Notes under the pieces: generated by a model
The model's input: only the letters and a program-made list of their open reading frames with translations
The model's database searches: none
What the model was told of the DNA's origin: nothing
Shown here: positions 41,040 to 42,902 of the stretch, in pieces
How positions within the stretch are numbered: the first letter of the stretch is position 1
Layout: each line of letters begins with the position of its first letter
Made by a program: the position numbers and the translations under genes
Assembly (NCBI GenBank): GCA_963788655.1
Contig: CAWBHS010000037.1
Location: 1 to 42,902, forward strand
Source of the DNA: an uncultured Verrucomicrobiae bacterium
GTDB lineage: Bacteria > Verrucomicrobiota > Verrucomicrobiia > Limisphaerales > JAFGQR01
Length of the DNA: 42,902 bases
Reading direction: 5' to 3'

Positions 41040-42127
41040 CATGCCTATCCGGTTGCTTGCCAAGTCTTCAGGCCAACGGGTGAACCCACTTTCCGGAATA
41101 TAATTCCTCGTAGGTCGGCGGCACTGCCCGCACGACCAAGCCGAGCACGGAATTGAAGGCCGTCATCGGGTAGAAGCGCCGATTGAAGCGGAACACGTAT
41201 TCGTTCAGATATGCTTGGAGGTGTTGCTGGCTAACGCCGTGGTGGGTTCCCAAGAGCCATGTCTTGAGATTGGCGAAGACGATGTGGATCATGGGCAGGT
41301 GTTCATCAGTCTTCTCCGGGTCACCATCCAGCACAACCGCTTCGTGGTCGTAGCCGAGCTTTGCGGACCATCGTAACCTTGCCAGCCATCGGTTCGGACA
41401 GTTGCACCCTTCGAGACAGTCTCTTTGACAAACGCGGTGAGGTCTTCGGCGCCACGACCTGACACCAGGCGCAACCGAAGTCGCCCGGCGTAAACCGCAC
41501 GCTTAAGCGGCTTGCCTTCACTCCTTTGGGCGGTGCGATCCTTGCCCTCACGGCGTGGACGCACCTCAACGGCCCCAACAACTGTCGCCTTGTGATGAAT
41601 GCCCCGACCTTCACCACGCGTGCGCCCACCAATCAACGTCTCGTCAATCTCGACGGGGTATTGCCCTCCGATGGTGTCGCGGTCGGGTCGCACCCATTCC
41701 GGCTCGCAGCTTGTGAAGGGTCTGGAAAGCCGTCTCATACCGGCTGATATCAAGCTGGCGCTGAAACTGGAGGGCGGACTGCCCTGGCGTCTGGGTCGTC
41801 ACGAGATACGCGCCCCAGAACCACAGCGAGAGGGGCATGTGGCTAGACTGCATGACGGTGCCTGCCGTAAGCGACACATTCGTCCTGCAACTTCGGCACC
41901 GGAGGACAACAGATGATCGCTTCGGAAATCGTCCGGCTCCCCGGTCGCCCCACACTTGGGACAGGTGAACCCGTCCGGCCAACGCAGCTTCTCAAGATAG
42001 GCCGCGCAGGCTGCGTCGCTCGGGAAAACCCGTTGGAATTCTGGCAGGTTGGTAGGAAAGCCTCGCGGATCCATGTCCGTGAAATTATCACCGCTTAGGC
42101 GGTTTGGCAAGCAACCGGATAGGCATG
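41040..42127 (-). mobile_element. IS1595-family insertion sequence (1088 bp)
   Basis: Perfect 24-bp TIRs catgcctatccggttgcttgccaa (41040-41063) and 42104-42127; 8-bp TSD attggacc (41032-41039, 42128-42135). Confidence 0.95.
41068..42074 (-). CDS. IS1595-family transposase (Zn ribbon + DDE), several apparent frameshifts
   Basis: LRWPDGFTCPKCG, CRSCR, VEIDET, TVRTDGWQGY, HHGVSQQHLQAYLNEYVFRFNRR. Confidence 0.9.
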
Positions 42128-42526
42128 ATTGGACCTTGGTCATTGATTCAGGTCCGCCGTTCCAATCTGCCGGCAGGATGCCAGCAGCGCGCTCGCCAAC
42201 GTGCTGTCGGCGTCCCCGGCAGAAACGAATGCAGACGAACCGCGCAAATGAGCAGGCGAGAGCAAAATGACCAACTCCCAATGACCAAATCCCAAAGAAT
42301 GCCCAAGAACCAAATCGTAGCCAGGTCAGGCTTGCCCAGCCCCGCGGTGGGCCTTGGGCCTCGGTCATTCTCTGGTCATTGGCTCATTGGACCTTGGTCA
42401 TTGATTCAGGTCCGCCGTTCCAATCTGCCGGCAGGATGCCAGCAGCACGCTGCGCCAACGTGCTGCCGGCGTCCCGCCGGCAGAAACGAATGCAGACGAA
42501 CCGCGCGGATGAGCAGGCGGACAAAA

Positions 42527-42666
42527 TGACCAAATCCCAATGACCAAATCCCAATGACCAAATCCCAATGACCAAATCCCAATGACCAAATCCCAATGAC
42601 CAAATCCCAATGACCAAATCCCAATGACCAAATCCCAATGACCAAATCCCAATGACCAAATCCCAA
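42527..42666 (+). repeat. Perfect tandem repeat (TGACCAAATCCCAA) x10
   Basis: Ten identical 14-bp units with no spacers; the other two composite units have two such units. Confidence 0.95.
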
Positions 42667-42902
42667 AGAACGCCCAAGAACCAAATCGTAGCCAGGTCAG
42701 GCTTGCCCAGCCCCGCGGTGGGCCTTGGGCCTTGGTCATTCGTAACCGTCCGGCGGCGCCGTATGGCACCGGCAGCGGGTCGGGAGGATTGACCGGTCGG
42801 GCGAAGGGGTTGGATTGGACTATCGGGGAGATTCAGCCGCTGGCACTGGGCGACGGGCTCTTGGGCGCGAAGGTTTGCCTTCCAGCCCCTGGGCGTAAGC
42901 TG

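Larger units (their letters stand above)
40841..42741. repeat. Three tandem copies of a ~259-bp composite repeat (REP-like outer arms, inner heptamer arrays); copy 1 interrupted by IS1595, copy 3 truncated
   Basis: Units start caacgtgctg(c/t)cggcgtcc at ~40842, ~42197 and ~42456. All contain caaatcgtagccaggtcaggcttgcccagccccgcggtgggccttgggcc; complete units end tctgccggcaggatgccagcagc. Confidence 0.88.

Noticed and set aside
42527..42666. CRISPR array
   Set aside because: Units are contiguous 14-mers with no unique spacers, and no cas genes are present.
42384..42769. ORFs with WDLVIGIWSLGFGH repeats
   Set aside because: They are translations of the 14-bp tandem repeat, open in all three minus frames.

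Overview
GC-rich bacterial DNA, probably Verrucomicrobiota (PEP-CTERM, TIGR02597-like, DUF1080 and sulfatase genes). Many single-base frameshifts suggest long-read consensus error. The first 13.4 kb is a type I restriction-modification locus (hsdM 3' part, hsdS, hsdR) with two unusual features. (1) The hsdS-hsdR interval is a tandem array of three unrelated defence/TA-like modules: toxin + MqsA-like + KGGVGR ATPase-TPR; DUF3800 + partner + putative small RNA; AbiEi-like + nucleotidyltransferase. The modules are separated by chimeric linkers, each an hsdR 5' end fused to an hsdS 3' end, so every module carries its own hsdS-tail and hsdR-head homology arms, like an integrase-free cassette array. 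(2) The hsd genes carry repeated in-frame palindromic insertions. Two are divergent DUF559 (Vsr-like) endonuclease domains, in hsdM and hsdR, each bracketed by ACCCTCA..CCC/GGG..TGAGGGT inverted arms; the 39-bp right arm is identical in both. There is also a gene-less version of this element, several solo arms and a GTAG-type REP pair. The rest of the window holds a receiver-only two-component cluster, a patchwork of gene fragments between 155-bp direct repeats, sugar/sulfate catabolic and PEP-CTERM genes, tmk and membrane proteins. It ends with an IS1595-family element (24-bp TIR, 8-bp TSD) inserted in a tandem composite REP/heptamer repeat.
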